Notes: generated by a model not told the origin, from the letters alone. DNA of 62,899 nt, filler included, from Stramenopiles sp. TOSAG23-6 (GCA_900128565.1; 10 parts of 10 records of this genome joined end to end with filler, not necessarily neighbours in it), one strand, 5' to 3'; shown: positions 8,521 through 23,000, numbered from the whole stretch's first letter. Program-made: numbers and translations.

Positions 8521-11500
8521 GTTGTACATTTCTTGGCAGTTTGGCAATGATCACCTTCATAACCATCATTACATTTACATGTGCACTTATTACCAGTACC
8601 CGAGGGCTCACCTTGACCTTGCTTGCAAGCTAGCTGATTTGGTCCAAGTGTACATGTTTTCTCAGCATTGCAGTTTGTGCCCTCATACCCTGTGTCAGAG
8701 CAATCACATGTACAATTTCCAGTTGTTCCAGTGACAACCCCTTTGTTGGCACATGGCTTTCCACCAGGCCCAGAATTACATTTTAGAGCCGTCTCACAGT
8801 GATCTCCACGGTATCCTGGGAGACATGAACATCTACATATATCACCACTGCCTATAGGACTTCCACCATTTTTACACACTTGTTTGTTTTTGCCAGTTGT
8901 ACATTTTCCTCCAGCATCCACTTCAGATACAGCTGTTGAATTTGTTGAATAAAGTCCTATTGCAATACGTACACCATTGTCACTCTCACAAACATCGCAT
9001 TCGCAATTCACAATTGCATCATCTGAAGAGACTGACATTTTACAAGTGGATGCATTGGGTTCAGTTTGCTGAAATGTCTTTGAGATTATTTTTTGCATAG
9101 GAGTCCACGTTACAGATCCTACCCATTGGCGAGAATTCCATGATCTTTCCGTCCATGTTCTCTGATACCATATTTGGTTTAGTTCAAGACAAGCTTTCGC
9201 ATTCGAAATACCAGCAACATTACAGGTGGATATACATAAGTCTTTACCAACCAAGTCTGTGTTAATAGACTTCATGTATTTTGTCGGATCTGTGACAGAA
9301 CTATCCATTTTAACTTCCATGCACGTAGACAAACAATTATCTTTCGTAGAATTAACATCTTTCCACGTATAATCATCACTGACAGCTTTTACTTTTGAAA
9401 CCAAGGTGGTACTCCCATTATCGGATGATGTACAGTATCCCCCAGTACAATTGTTTGAGTTCTGACATACACTAGAATATCCTGTGACTGTACGACACTC
9501 TGCATTCGTACAATAACCAACAGAAGCCTCACAGAGGTCCTTTGATTTTATAAGTGGGTCTGTACACGTACCCTCAGCAAGAGCTACTCCACGACCAGAA
9601 GTCAACATTGTCCAAGCCTTACATTTCAAATCTGCCTTCAAATGACCTTCGGGCATTGGAAGTGACACAGTTACCCTAGATATACCCCCTCTATAAGTAT
9701 ATTCGTCACGACGAAGTGCACAATGATTTGATTCGAGACAATTGCTAGACGTTGGATTTTTTACTGCTGCGCAATTAGTGCTTTTTCGTTTGCAAACTGT
9801 TTCAAAATTTGAATCTCTTTCTGAGACGCAATGGTTGACTGTGCCGCCAAATGTTGTAGTAGAATCACAAGAGCCTTGTTCGACATCTGCTAGAGCTTTA
9901 CAAACAGTTTCAGGAATAATAGGTTCGCAAACATAATCTGAATAGTTACACTTTGACTCAGCGACAGTTTTCAAATCAGACTTGATTTCACTTCCCATTA
10001 AATCCACTGTTTTAATTGTAATACCTGGCTTCACAATTTGACTTACAAAGACGATAGGCGATGCAATCTTTTCTAAATCTCCTGGCCTAGCTAATGATTT
10101 AGCCAATGCAGTAACGCCTACAGTGTTACACCCAAAGGATGGCACAGAGGATATGGACACATTCATACCTAATACTGAAAAAACACCAGTTGGTGTGGTA
10201 CTTGAAATAGTTTCTGCGAGTATTTTTCCAGATGATGAAAACGTATAAGCTGGCATCTTCTCATTACAGGATAGCTGTGCATCCGTAGCTCGCACTGCAC
10301 CATCAGCCATGTCTATTAAATTTCTGCCGCTTATACTTTCTTTGAATACTGGAAATTTATCATACAATTCTGTCCATAAGAGCACTAATCGAGCAAAAAC
10401 TCCCATTTCATTTAGGACTTCGGGTTTTTTTGAAGGTATTGCTTCATTATAGTTCCTCAAGTCAAGCGACCATGGATTTTCACTTGATTTGCCATTGTCC
10501 GCTTCTTCACTTAAATTACGCATTGCTGTTGAGAGATACTCTGGAAGTGTCTTCAATGACTCAGAAAGTTTTGCCTCCGTAGCACTGGAGATACTTGCAA
10601 CGTCGTAAATATATTGTGAGTGTTGGACAACAGTATTCGCAAAATCAGGATTTTCAGCGTTCGCCATATCAATAACACTAGTGACAATCTTCGAGATATC
10701 TGAAGAAGATTGTCCTGCAGTATTTCCACCAAGTCTTCGATTGCGTGAACGCATTGATGCCTTTTCAGTTGTGCCCAAATGAATTTCAAAATCTCGCAAT
10801 CTTTGTAGTGCNATACCAAAAATTTCGAGATTTCGCTGAGCTTTTGCTCCCTCAAAAACTTTTAATATATTCTGTTTCGATTCCTCTGCAGTGCTAAATG
10901 ATTTCACCTTCACGCTGACTCCAGGATCGGCATTCATTTTCATTGCTCCTGAAGCATTCCAAGCGCGACATTGAATTATGACAGTAGATGAACCAAGAGG
11001 TATTTGTTTGCCTTCTTTATCAACAAACCGACCAAATGGTAGTATTTTGCTGAATATTGGTGAATCAATCTGTCGTTCAGTGAGTTGATGAAATACTTTG
11101 TCTTCACCAGCCCAATACACCTGATATCGACTTGCTTCCGGCCACTGGCCGCAATCAATCTCAAAGAATGTTGAGAATTCCACTCCCTCTTTTGGAGTAA
11201 CGACTGTGCCACCCTTTGGTGGCTTTGGTGGGGTGTTCATTTCAATAATTACAGTACTTGTTGCAGTACTTGCACCACTCACCCTACAATTAGTTATGTC
11301 GAAATATTGCTCACAACCCTGTTTATCTGAATCCCATTGACACTCCCATGCCTGACCACGAAAAGTACTATCTTTACTCGCTTTAAACGTCGTACAACTT
11401 GCTTTCGAATTAAAAGAGAAACATTTAGTTGTACCCGTCGATGAGTGTTTTGTATACACAGCAGTGCATTTATCAATATCACTGCTGCGATGGCTTAAAC

Positions 11501-14500
11501 TTTTTGATTGATCTATGGGCCGCTCGGATGCAGTCAGAGTCAATTTGTATTTTTGACCATGTTGTAATGTCCCTGGAGCTATAGTGAAATATGCCTTGTC
11601 ATTTACAGGTACAGAGTAATACCCAGGTGAAGGAAGAAGAACATCATCTGTGGAATTTTCTACATCATCAACTCGCCATGCAAATGTCATAATGACATCT
11701 GCTTCCATTGACAATGCGCTTCCTCGAATACGAATACTATCGTTTGCATTCAATTTTTTACGTGATGTCAACACTTTTAGTGTAGCAGAAAAGTTTCCCG
11801 AGGAATCATTACTGATAACAGTAACCTTATCTTCATTTTGTCGATCAGGAGCACTAAGCAATGTTAATTTCTTCGTCTTACTAATATAACCAGTGAATAA
11901 ATATGATGAATATGGCGCCAGACGATCATTTCCAATACCATCATTATCTGAATCCAAACGAAGTGACATCTCCCTTGGAAACTTATCACGAAGTCCAACA
12001 TTTTTCTGAATCTTGGCAGAATCACCTGCGGAAGTTGTTGTGTAGCCATTAAGCAGACAATGTGTATCCTGAAGAATATTCTTGCACTTCCAATTGTATA
12101 ACAGTGGCCTTCGATCTGTACGCCAGTCTGGATCTGAACTGCCAGCCATTGAAACGACAGCTGTAGTATCACCTGCAAGAATAGTTGGAGTTCCATGCAT
12201 CACAATGTCAAGTGGTCGGAAGCGAGGTTTGAGCACAACTGAATGCACTTCATTTGCAATCTTACTCAATCCTGTACGCCATATTCGAGCAGTCACTGTG
12301 TATGCTCGACCTGCAAGGAAGAGATCACGCGGGAAAAATATACTTGCCGCTGTAGTTTCCGCTGCGATGCGATGTACTTTTTTATCTGCATTACGAACGT
12401 CGGGATGCAAACCTAATGATTGATCTTCATCGCCAATCCAATCGTGTTTGATTGATACGCTCCAAATCGCCGAGAGATCAAAGAACGTTTTCCCACTGTA
12501 GCAACACGAGTATTCGATTGATGCATAGAATTTTGCAGCATCTCCTGACATAAATTGTCCTTCATCTAATGTTGACTGTAACGAAAAACCATACGAGTCA
12601 TCTGGACGACTCCAATTGAAAGATATAGAAACAGGGCCATGGCTCACAAAATTAGTTGCAGGGTGCCCATTGTGCACATATAATGGATCAGTGGATACAC
12701 TTACAGATACATCATAAGCTAGACCCATAGCAAACTTTTCAGGATGATCATTTCCTCCCAAATCCTCAGCTGTTATTCTATAATAAGAATTTTCTGTCCA
12801 ACCTTCCGCACGAGTTCCAGAAGCATTTATTTTTTTATTCAGTACGTCTAAATATCCCTGTAACTTCTTCGTCTCTTCTGGGGTTCGAGGTTCATATCCA
12901 TTGATTTGACATCCTGAAACCTTCCCACATTTTGATATTGCGTTAACGCCTTGTAATGACGAGTGGGTGCATGGTAATGCACTGCATTTTGTGAAAACAT
13001 CACCTGAAAGTTCGCTTAGACAATCGGGATCGGCTTTGCAATCACTATCTGTATTATGGTACCTACATGTTCCTTGTAAGGAATCGGCTATTGCAGTTGG
13101 TCGAAAACCTTCACACTTCATATCTGATGAAATTGGAGGAGGTGTATTATTTGCAAAAGTGACTAACCATTTATATGATAGCGGACGAATACTTGAACCA
13201 CCAAGCGAAGATGATGCATCGAAACCAATGCCACCCCATGATTCACTCTTTTTTGGACAAGGTTTCAACTTTCCTCTAGCGACAAGTTTTGCCCTTGGAG
13301 CAATATTAACTTTATGACTCGTAAGATTTACAGATGCAGTTGACGACTTTGATTGAAATGTTAAAGGCCACAACCTTCCCTCTCTTATCTTTATTGCAAA
13401 GCCTTCTGAAGCACAAAATTGAGTCTTGCAGATATCACCATACAGAGAGACATAGACTTTTAATCGCGAAGAGCTTATCCATGTGCACTTAGAATCAATT
13501 CCCAAACCATATGAAGTTCTTGAACTAAATAGCTTTGAGCAAAGAAAATTAAATGGAGTAAGGGTTTTATCGTATCCTCTCATTTTATCAGTATCTGTAT
13601 CAAATAATATATCAATGTATGGGCGAGTATTTCCTCGATGCCACTTGGCATACTCCATTTTAGGTGGTGGTGCCGAATGATAATCAAGAGGATTACAGAT
13701 AGTATAATCAGCTGATAGTGGTGGCGTATCAGCCATGAAACCATAAGCGTCATTTTTTGTATTATAGTTTGAATTTAATCCACCTGAAGCCAAAGCTTGA
13801 GATTGATTGCAGGATTGGCCATTTTCATCACACGTCGGACATGTTGCATCAATATTACCATTAGCAGTAGATTCACATCCCATAGATCCGGTCCACAATT
13901 CTCCAGATAATACATTGGCACCTGCAAAGACTATTCTATCATCTTTATCTTTACCAGTTGCTAGCGCGGAAATAGGTCCAGTGCCTAGACTAGATGAAGC
14001 AAATGGTTTAATATCTGTTTGCCTTGGTGAATACCAAGTGAGTCGATCTTTCATATCGGTTGATAATACTGCAATAACTGGATCGCCATCATCACCTTGT
14101 TCGTTACTTCCATTTGCTCTCAAATTCATACTGGCAACACTTGCAGCAGGAAGGCTGTAGAACGCTACACCGCCCACGAATGTTCTACTGTCGTCATCAA
14201 CAGCAAGAGATTGCACCCGAAATGCTTCGTCTTCTCCACTTTCTTGTCTTGGAATCAAAAACTGCGATCTTTTTACCTCTCCGGTCTCTTCGTCAATATG
14301 AGCAACATATCCTTGATATTTACACCAAATATATGCATTACAAGTATGTATGAATCCTTTCCTCGACTTCTTCGTGATAAAAGACATTGGATCAGAAAAT
14401 GAATCCTTCACTAAATAGCGAGTACCGTTAGCTGACAATTCACTTGATTTCATTCCATCAAACCGAAATACGCTCATTGGAGATCCTCGAGTTTCGCCAG

Positions 14501-16933
14501 CTGCAAATAAGAGACCACCTTTCACTTCAATACGTCGAATAAGTGCATCAGCGTAATAATTTGGATAAATATCAAGAGCTGTATAATCCCAGGTATGCCA
14601 TAGCTCGTTTCCAGTAACAACAGAAAATGCTTTAATAAATGGAACCTGCGTAATTCTGCACTTATTGTAGCCTGTTGCTGGATTATGACAACCACTGCGA
14701 TTCATATCTTCTCTTACATAGTTATAACCAGATACATAAAGTTGTCCCCCATTCCGTGGTGATATAGCAACATCTGTCAAATGGTAATTCATCGGCATGC
14801 ATTCCACTTTTGAACAATCGCTTCCTTTTCGCCGTTCATTAAAAATTATCTTCTTATTTTCGTCAATTTTCTGACAGTGACACTCACCAGCATCATTATT
14901 CCATCCCTTGATTTCAAAGAATTTCTTACCACTAGTGAGTGCACTCGAACCGTCTTCAGAATTAAGCAAGTATACTTTATTACCTTTGATGGCAGCTATC
15001 AGAGTATCTGCCGCAGCTACACGACACTCTTTCTGTGAATAATGAGTCAATAACAATGAATCAAGTGGAATAGTTGATTTGCTGGATACAGCATCTTCAC
15101 GTTTCTCGTCAAATACTTCATCTGTAAATATTTGCCCTTTCAGACTTCTATTATCGCTTGAATACGAATCCGAGCATGTATTGGACGTTTTTGGTACACG
15201 AAAGCCTGAAATTCCACCTGGTTCACTTTCCCATCTACAGTTTTGAAGTTCAGTGTCCGCTGGAGTCCATAAAAGAGATAAATCATCTGCGTTAAGCGCC
15301 TGTAGACCATGTTGAATTGACCATATAACAACAATCTCTGCATCAATCTTTCCAGAACCCCCCTTTTGCTTTGCAATGGCAATATCAATAGAAGCATCGT
15401 ATCCACCAGCAGGGATTTTAGCGATATCACCATTATCTAGATTTTTTGAACTAGTTTTAGTATCTTCGCCTTTTCCAAGTATTGCTATGGCTAGGAGATT
15501 CATACCACGATAAACACGTTTATACTTCACGCTTTGTTGTGACACCGAAAACTTCATGATACCAGCACGCGCAGCGTTCCCTTCTTTTGAGTCTGCATTA
15601 TTCAGATACTTTTGATTCATCAACTGATTTACAGATCCAAATCTTCCCGAGACATAAATCATACCACTAGTTGAAACAACGGCACCAGTTGTCAATGTAT
15701 GCTGCTGAGATACATTGGCTAGAAAGCTACCGTATTGAGCAGAAGTGTCTGTAGTCTTGCAGGCTTTGCAATTATCAGCAACTAGTCGATGCATACCCGC
15801 ATATATTGGATAGGTTGGATCACAGTAATCGGTAGCGTACTCATCAGTACGTCCTGTCATCATTACACCGTATATAGTCTCCCCATCAGGTGAAAAGAAA
15901 TCTACAAGTTTACGACACTTATAATCGATATCGCTGCGTGCAAGTTCCATTACTTCAGGCGTAGGAGCACCAATATTTGCACGTTTAGCGAATCCATCTC
16001 TTATACCTTCTTTATCTGTCCACATAGATGATTCTTTTGTTTCATAGTCATTCTTCTTACGACCTGCAAAAAATATTTTATGATTTTTAAAGACAGAAGG
16101 TGTTGATCCAGATAGTTTAGTAGGTAATAATGCCGGACCCCATTTTTGAACACCGTTCTGCCATTTATATGCATTTGCACCGACAAACCAGACTTCATCA
16201 GGATTGTTGCTGCTTCCACTTTGATAAAAAAATCTTCCTTCATGAAATCACAAAGCAAACTATAGCCAGTGCCGCCACAAGTCTTAATATCTTTACCTGT
16301 CACAGTTTTTGGACTGAATGTAAAGTCTTTAGCACCACTCGGTAGCGTAAAAATCATATCTCTACACAAATCATAAGTGCAAGTTCCCACAGTTACAAAA
16401 ACAGTTCCAAATGAGTCAGCCATTACCTGTAAGGCATTATCATTTAATTCCAAAGTACGTTTATAGCCTTGACTACAGTTGTCTGGTTCAGTCCACGATG
16501 TCTTCCAGTAGTATGGGTTTGACCATTTGTTCTCTAATCCGTATTCATTCCAAGAATAACTCTGTGTATACGTGTCTAGCGAAAAACCCCACCCTGAATC
16601 GTTCCAGCCATAGCTAACCTTTACGCCTTTGCGAAGACACGACTCTTCTGTTGCGTGAATATTCCATGTACCACTAGCAGAAGTACACGTCGTCTTTTTA
16701 TGTACTGGTCGACATACATTGGAGTCAAAAGTACAGCCTTTCTCTGATTCACACGCTGTTTTCTGCGCAGCATCATTAAGTGGGATGCCATCAACCGTTT
16801 TAATGTTATCCCAATCCTCCCTTGTCACCCCGTAACAAGACACTGCAAACTTTTCAAACGTATCTTTTCCTGCAACGCCTGGGAAGGTACAAAAACCATT
16901 CTTTTCTGTCTCTCCGGCACATATGCCGCAAGT
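8521..16933 (-). CDS. Giant Cys-rich extracellular protein with REJ/PKD-like region and C-terminal EGF-like repeats; both ends missing; one frameshift near 16245
   Basis: SSDPD...YNWKC and NTPPKPPKGGTVVTPKEG..FSTFFEIDCGQW resemble REJ; CxCxxGYxGxxC EGF repeats; ORFs 16001-16843 and 8469-16025 join by a one-base shift. Confidence 0.75.
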
Positions 16934-17033
16934 NNNNNNNNNNNNNNNNNNNNNNNNNNNNNNNNNNNNNNNNNNNNTTAATTAATTAANNNNNNNNNNN
17001 NNNNNNNNNNNNNNNNNNNNNNNNNNNNNNNNN

Positions 17034-17116
17034 AAAAATCTAAAAAAATTTGTTAGGTACAAAATTTTTTTACCAAAAAAAAAAAAAAATCGAATTTGAA
17101 AAAAAATAAAACATGC
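17034..17116 (-). other. Introner-like intron with GC donor, 3' end lost at contig edge
   Basis: cgt|gcatgttttat...ttttgtacctaac. Confidence 0.7.
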
Positions 17117-17631
17117 ACGTCGAAGCATCGGAAAGAATTTACGTCTATCACTATTTCCAATACGCCTGGCAGGACTAGCATTTTTGAAACTGTCTTGCAT
17201 AGTATTTGTATTATTTTCAGAGATAATACTTAAACGTTTTTGTATACTTTTTGTCGGGGTACTAAATAATTCAGCATCATGTTTGATTTCATTCTGGTTA
17301 TGTTCATCTTGATACAAATCTTCGTCCCAACAACTTCTGCAGCCCCTAGTATTATGGATAATGAAAAAATATTTCAAAAAAAAATCATAAATTTTTGTTA
17401 GGTACAAAATTTCGTATGAAAAAAAAAATAAATTAGAAATTCATATGAAAACGTACACTACATCTACAAATACATTTCTTTAGCTCCTTCATCCAAGAAA
17501 GAGTATTTTCATCTGTGTCTGCGGCAAAGAATAATCCATGTTCGCTATGAGGGATATCCATATAAAAACATTTCGTGCTACGACATAAATTACTATTTAC
17601 TTTACCATTCGTTTCAATATTCTCCAGAGAT
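17117..17631 (-). CDS. PH-domain-like gene fragment; exons 17631-17457 and 17353-17117
   Basis: [33 protein letters not shown] resembles a PH-domain C-terminus. Confidence 0.6.
17354..17456 (-). other. Introner-like intron GT..AT (103 nt)
   Basis: agt|gtacgttttc...ttcattatccat|aat act agg, phase 0. Confidence 0.7.
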
Positions 17632-17741
17632 CTGTATTTTGGAAAAATATTTCAAAAAAAATCTAAAAAAAATTGTTAGGTATAAAATTTCGTACGAAAA
17701 AAAAATCGATTTTTTTGTTAAAAAAAAAAAATAAAACATCC
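17632..17741 (-). other. Introner-like element at a chimeric MUT/PH junction (GG..AG)
   Basis: cca t|ggatgtttt...aaaatacag|; the flanking exons belong to different proteins. Confidence 0.65.
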
Positions 17742-18816
17742 ATGGATCTTGCTCAGTCAAGGAATACCCTGATGTTTGACAATGTGTTCTTAATAGCCAA
17801 CTTTTTTCATTTTTTGCACCAAATCGATCACGTGTTATTTCAGCCCATAATTCTCTAGCAGCACGCATTTTAGCAACTTCCATATAAAAATTCATACCAA
17901 TTCCCCAAAAGAATGAGAGTCTTGGTGCAACGTCATCTACCTGGAGCCCAGCAGCTTCAGCACATTTAAGGTATTCAATTCCATCTGCCAATGTGAATCC
18001 AAGTTCCAATTTATTATCAGCACCTGCTTCTTGCATATGGTAACCGGAAATTGAAATGGAGTTATATTTTGGCATATGTGTTGCTGTATAACCCATTATA
18101 TCCTGAATAATTCGAAGGGAAGGTTTTGGATGATAAATATACGTATTTCGTACCATAAATTCTTTAAGAATATCATTTTGAATTGTACCTGCCAATAAAC
18201 TACGATCAACGCCTTGTTCTTCACCAGCTACTATATACATAGCAAGTACTGGAAGAACCGCACCGTTCATGGTCATAGACACAGACATCTTCTCGAGAGG
18301 AATTCCTTCAAAGAGAATTTTCATATCTTCCACGGTATCAATAGCCACACCTGCCATACCAACATCTCCAACAACGCGCGGGTGGTCACTATCATATCCA
18401 CGATGTGTAGCTAAATCAAATGCTACACTTAGACCCTGCTGTCCGGCTGCTACATTTTTTCTGTAGAAAGCATTAGAAGCTTCTGCAGTAGAAAACCCCG
18501 CATATTGACGAATAGTCCATGGCCGTGCAGTATACATTGTAGCATAAGGACCACGGGTATACGGATAAGAGCCAGGAGGTGCAGGATCTTCTAAATGTTT
18601 AGTATCAGCTGCGGTATATATCGGTTTTATTGTGATATTTTCAGGTGTGGTCCATAAAAGTGATTTTGGATCTTTTCCTCGGAGCTCCTTTTTTGCCTTT
18701 GCTTCCCATTCTTCGGGAAATTTCACAGTAGAGCTACTATGTCTGAGATGCCTAATTGGTGATGTAATGTATCCATGAATGAGTGAAGGCAAATTGCCTC
18801 TTCTGACATTCAACAT
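17742..18816 (-). CDS. MUT: Methylmalonyl-CoA mutase, N-terminal part only
   Basis: [64 protein letters not shown]. Confidence 0.95.
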
Positions 18817-19066
18817 TGTCACCCGTATACAAACAACACAATATCTATCTCTCTCCTCCAGGGGTCAATATTTTTCGGAATTTGTGTTTCGTGGTGGTGT
18901 CATTTTTGTCAAAATGCGCTGCAGTCAAGTCAGTCCGAAACAGATTGATTAGCTTACTACAAGTGCACTCTATCTTCTATTCTAATATAGCTTTTCTGTT
19001 GTAATTGGAGATTGTAGGGTTGTATATAGAACTAATTTCTATGGCTGAATAAATTCATCCTGATAA

Positions 19067-20767
19067 ATGACCCCAAATAGAGTTTCATGTTCTACATCAC
19101 ATTCATGTTTGCTGTGCGAGTTTGTGGCTTCTACGAGTGAGTTATTAAGAGCACATTACGAGAGTAGTAAGCATGGTTCTCTTGTTGCTAAACAGTGCCC
19201 ACACTGCGAGTATTCAAGTAAATTTGCGGGTACTTTACGACGCCATATAAAAAGTGTTCACACCCTAGAAAATCCTTTTAAATGTGAGCATTGTGATTAT
19301 GCAAGTTCACGTATTGGAACACTGCGTATGCATATACGAAAGAAACATCCGTTGTTAGTAAACACTGCTGAAACTGGATTAAAATGTTTACCAGTTTCCT
19401 CTAGAAGTCAAGAAAGCATCACTTTTTCAGCGGATGGTTATACGACTGCTGCTTCTGTATTCAATCAAAATCAACCTATGGATTGCTTAAGTGACGATAC
19501 ATCTTCGAAAAATAGATTCAAAACGAAAATGTTATTTCCTAAAACTCTAATTTTAGGAGAAATGGACTTCAGTTTTTCTCTGTCACTTATGAATAGATAT
19601 TTCAATAATAATAATCCCCTTAGACATGGTGTTTTTGCTACATCATATATTAAAGCAGAAGATTTTGCATATACTCGAATTAAAAAAAAAATCAGGCAAA
19701 ATATTCGCGTATTAAAAAAGCGTGGTGCTTTTGTACAACATGTACGTCTTCACAATATGAACGTATGAATTTTTTTTTCATAGGAAATTTCGTACCTAAC
19801 GATGTTTTCATGATTTCGTGTTTTTTTCACAATACATGGCGTTGATGCAAGAAATATTGCTGGTACATTTCATTGGGAAAATGCGTACAAACATGACGTA
19901 GTTGGCTTTGAAAAATCTGCTGAAAGTAATTTCATTGGTCAATTGAAGGAAAATCCACATAAAAAGAGGAAAATTGAAATTTCTTCGACAGATAAAAAGA
20001 GGAAAATTGAAATTTCTTCGACAGATCAACAAAATGTTGACCAAGGCGACAAACAAAATCAAAGTATACAAAAAATGGTAGGAATAGCAGAAAATATAAC
20101 ATTTGATGGCTGTACTAACCCTACAAATCCTGCAAAGCATATAGAGCATTCTGTACATACCAATGAAAGCAGAATATTTCAGTTTGATTTAGATATTATT
20201 GCATTTTGCTTTCCTAGATTTAGTACTATTACAGGGATTTGTTCAGAAAACTCTGATCTTCTTGGAAAGTTTTTTTCAAGTGCTCTTGATGTATTGTCTC
20301 CTTCCGTATGTTTTTATTATCAATTTCAATTTCAATTTTTTTTTTTTTCCAAAACATTCAAAAATTTCGTGTACCTAACGTTTTTTTNATTCTAAAAATA
20401 TTTTTTCTCAATATATGGGACCATAGCGATTATGTTACATGTTTGTATAATAGATGGTGTTTCTGAAGACCAATATAATGCATGGGGTGTTGACGAGATA
20501 GCTAATAGTGTAGGTTTGAAAAGAGTTGCTGCTCTTGAATGTCGTTTTCGGCACAATACACAAATTCGAAATTCGAAATGTGGTACAAATTTAATTTCAA
20601 ATTTGTCAAATGCCACCCCTCATGGTAAGAAGAATACTTCAACGAAGTCTCATAATGATAAAGTAAAACATGTTGTAGAAGATTTTCCTCAATATCAACC
20701 AAGAGCTCGTGATGGGAGATCCTTTTCCCCTGACAAAGCGATACTTCATGTATTAAAGAGAAAATAA
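19067..20767 (+). CDS. C2H2 zinc-finger protein; exons 19067-19741, 19838-20305, 20417-20767
   Basis: CPHCEY...LRRHIKSVH and CEHCDY...LRMHIRKKH; frames join across two GT..AT introns. Confidence 0.8.
19742..19837 (+). other. Introner-like intron GT..AT (96 nt)
   Basis: cat|gtacgtctt...cacaatacat|ggc gtt; an alternative in-frame donor exists near 19763. Confidence 0.75.
20306..20416 (+). other. Introner-like intron GT..AT (111 nt)
   Basis: tcc|gtatgtttt...ctcaatatat|ggg acc; alternative in-frame donor at 20291. Confidence 0.7.
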
Positions 20768-20904
20768 ACTAAAAAAATGTTACTTTTTGTATTAAAGAGA
20801 AAATAAACCAAAAAAATGTTTTACGTTATTTATTTCAATAAGAATTAGTTGTTGATTTATTTTACTTTATTTATTATTCTGTTGTTTTTTTTACTTTATC
20901 TATT

Positions 20905-22894
20905 TCAATAAGAATTAGTTTGTTCGTTATGTCGCCGGATTTGTTCAGCTTGAAATAGTTCTAATTGTTTAATCACTTCTTTTTGTCGTAATAAAATCGA
21001 TTGCTCCACTGCAGGAGACAACAACTGTTGTTCCCTTTGACGATCTAAAATCGCTTTATGAACTGCAACGAGATCAGCCATCTGCTGAGTATGTTCTTCA
21101 GTCAATGACTTTAATTGATGTTGATTCAAGGCTTCTCTCTCGTCCTTCAGACGTTGTTTCATTTCAGCTCTCTGGGCTTCATACCATGCATGGCTATGGA
21201 AGCTATCTGTGAGTATTTGTTCGTCAAAAGCCTCTGACGTATTAGAAGTATACTGTGATCTATTGGTTTCTTCGTTGGATGTTGGGTAGTTTGACGAAAG
21301 TTCATCCTCTTTATGCAAGGCATGTGGTTCAGATAAACCACCTGCGCGCTGAAAGTTAGAAACCATGTTTGCATTATTTCCATGTACAATGGGGTCTGGA
21401 TGATGAAAGTTCTTTGATGAACTGTTGTAATCAACAGTATTATCTGGTGAATTGGCAGCATTATCATAATGTGTTGTTTCAGTTGCAACTAGAGGAATTC
21501 CTATACGTTTTGCAGTCATACATGGAGGCTCTTCACAACAATACCATCCCATAATATCATGCTTTTCCCAGAATTGCCCAGTGCTGGATGTAAAACCAAT
21601 ATATGCTGCACCTTCAGCCAATGATAAAGCCGTATTTAGATTGAGAGGGATTGCAAAAGATGGTGCACCTTCCATGGAATCAACCCAAACTGCGAGTGTT
21701 CCTAAACGTTTGAGTTCTCCAGCATCTTTAAGAAAAGGCAAAACAGAAGGTGTTGCTGTAAATTTGGATAGCATGTCAGTCTGAATAGTAGGGTAATATC
21801 GGATCCTCGCAATATGTTCTTTACCATCCGCTAAACTATGTTGTTTGTTGGAACCAAGTTGATGTGATGCAGTTGGAAGATCTCCTTGAATTGTATGAAT
21901 TTTGGAAAAATATTTGAAAAAAAATTCGTTAGGTACAAAATTTCGTACGAAAAAAATCGAATTTGAAAAAAAATAAAACATACATCTGGACCAGATAAGT
22001 GAACACTCACATGATCATAAATTAAATCGCCCATTTCAGGATTATACCAAGTATCAAATTCGACAGCAAGGGAATTACGTAAACCTCCATATGTATTGTA
22101 AAAAATATGTTTTTTTTTTTTTTTTTGAAATTTGTTAGGTACAAAATTGGATATAAAAAAAATAAATTTGAAATTCATGATTAAAACAAACATCCCAAAT
22201 ATTTGCCACCTTCACCCAATGCAGCATGTCCGAGTTCGTTTCCATGAATAACGAATGCAAAACCATCACCACCATGAACACGGCAGGACTTGTATTGATT
22301 TATACCAAAGCTTTGGTCTTTTACATAGTTACATTTTCTTGAGTGATCAGTCATTTGAAAACGAAAACCGCATTCAAAACCGGAATAAACTTCTACAGGT
22401 TGACGATACCACATCGAGCCAATCATAAAAGGTTCAGATGGTGTTAATCGGACACGAATATCACACTCTTCAGTTGGCTCACCCACAAATTCATCACGGT
22501 GGCCAAAAACAGCAAAATCAGTTGACTCTTCAGCTTTTGGATTTGTTTTAACCTCCTGTTTTGAAACTAATTGTTCTGAATCTACTCTATATCGAGTATC
22601 AGTATTACCAGCATTTGCAGTTTCCTCCCTATTGGACTCATGTTTATCACCATAATCAAACTTTGACGCGTTAGCGCAAGAAGAAGTAAATGCAGAACCA
22701 TTAAATACCAAACCTGTCGTATCGTGAAAATGTGGGTAAATGAAGTCTGAAGTACTAATGTTGGTGCAAAATGATAGAAAAACAACAGCACTTAGACACT
22801 TTAGCTGAAACATCTGATGTCTCTTGCATCTGGTACATCCGTAACGACGTCGCATCTTTTGAAAGTGGAACATCTGTTTACAAATATCGCTCAT
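20905..22894 (-). CDS. L-type (legume) lectin domain protein; exons 22894-22192, 22090-21984, 21894-20905
   Basis: GGDGFAFVI, LGYGGLRNSLAVEFDTW, AYIGFTSSTG..HDI..W. Confidence 0.85.
21895..21983 (-). other. Introner-like intron GT..AT (89 nt)
   Basis: gat|gtatgt...ccaaaattcat|aca att restores the frame. Confidence 0.85.
22091..22191 (-). other. Introner-like intron GT..AT (101 nt)
   Basis: gga t|gtttgt...tacaatacat|at gga ggt rebuilds LGYGG. Confidence 0.85.
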
Positions 22895-23000
22895 AAAAGA
22901 CAATGATTTGAGATTCTGTCAAATAAAAAACTGTTCCGTTGCGTGTGTTGTTTTCTATACGATTTTTTGTACCTAATGGAAAATGTAACTGTTTTCCAAG

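Noticed and set aside
16064-16141. Intron joining the two ORFs of the giant gene (ttttgcag acceptor-like)
   Set aside because: The downstream frame is open and protein-like through this stretch; a one-base frameshift near 16245 is simpler.
17614-17741. Recurring peptides [16 protein letters not shown] and KYFSKIH as a protein motif
   Set aside because: They are translations of the intron element in different frames.
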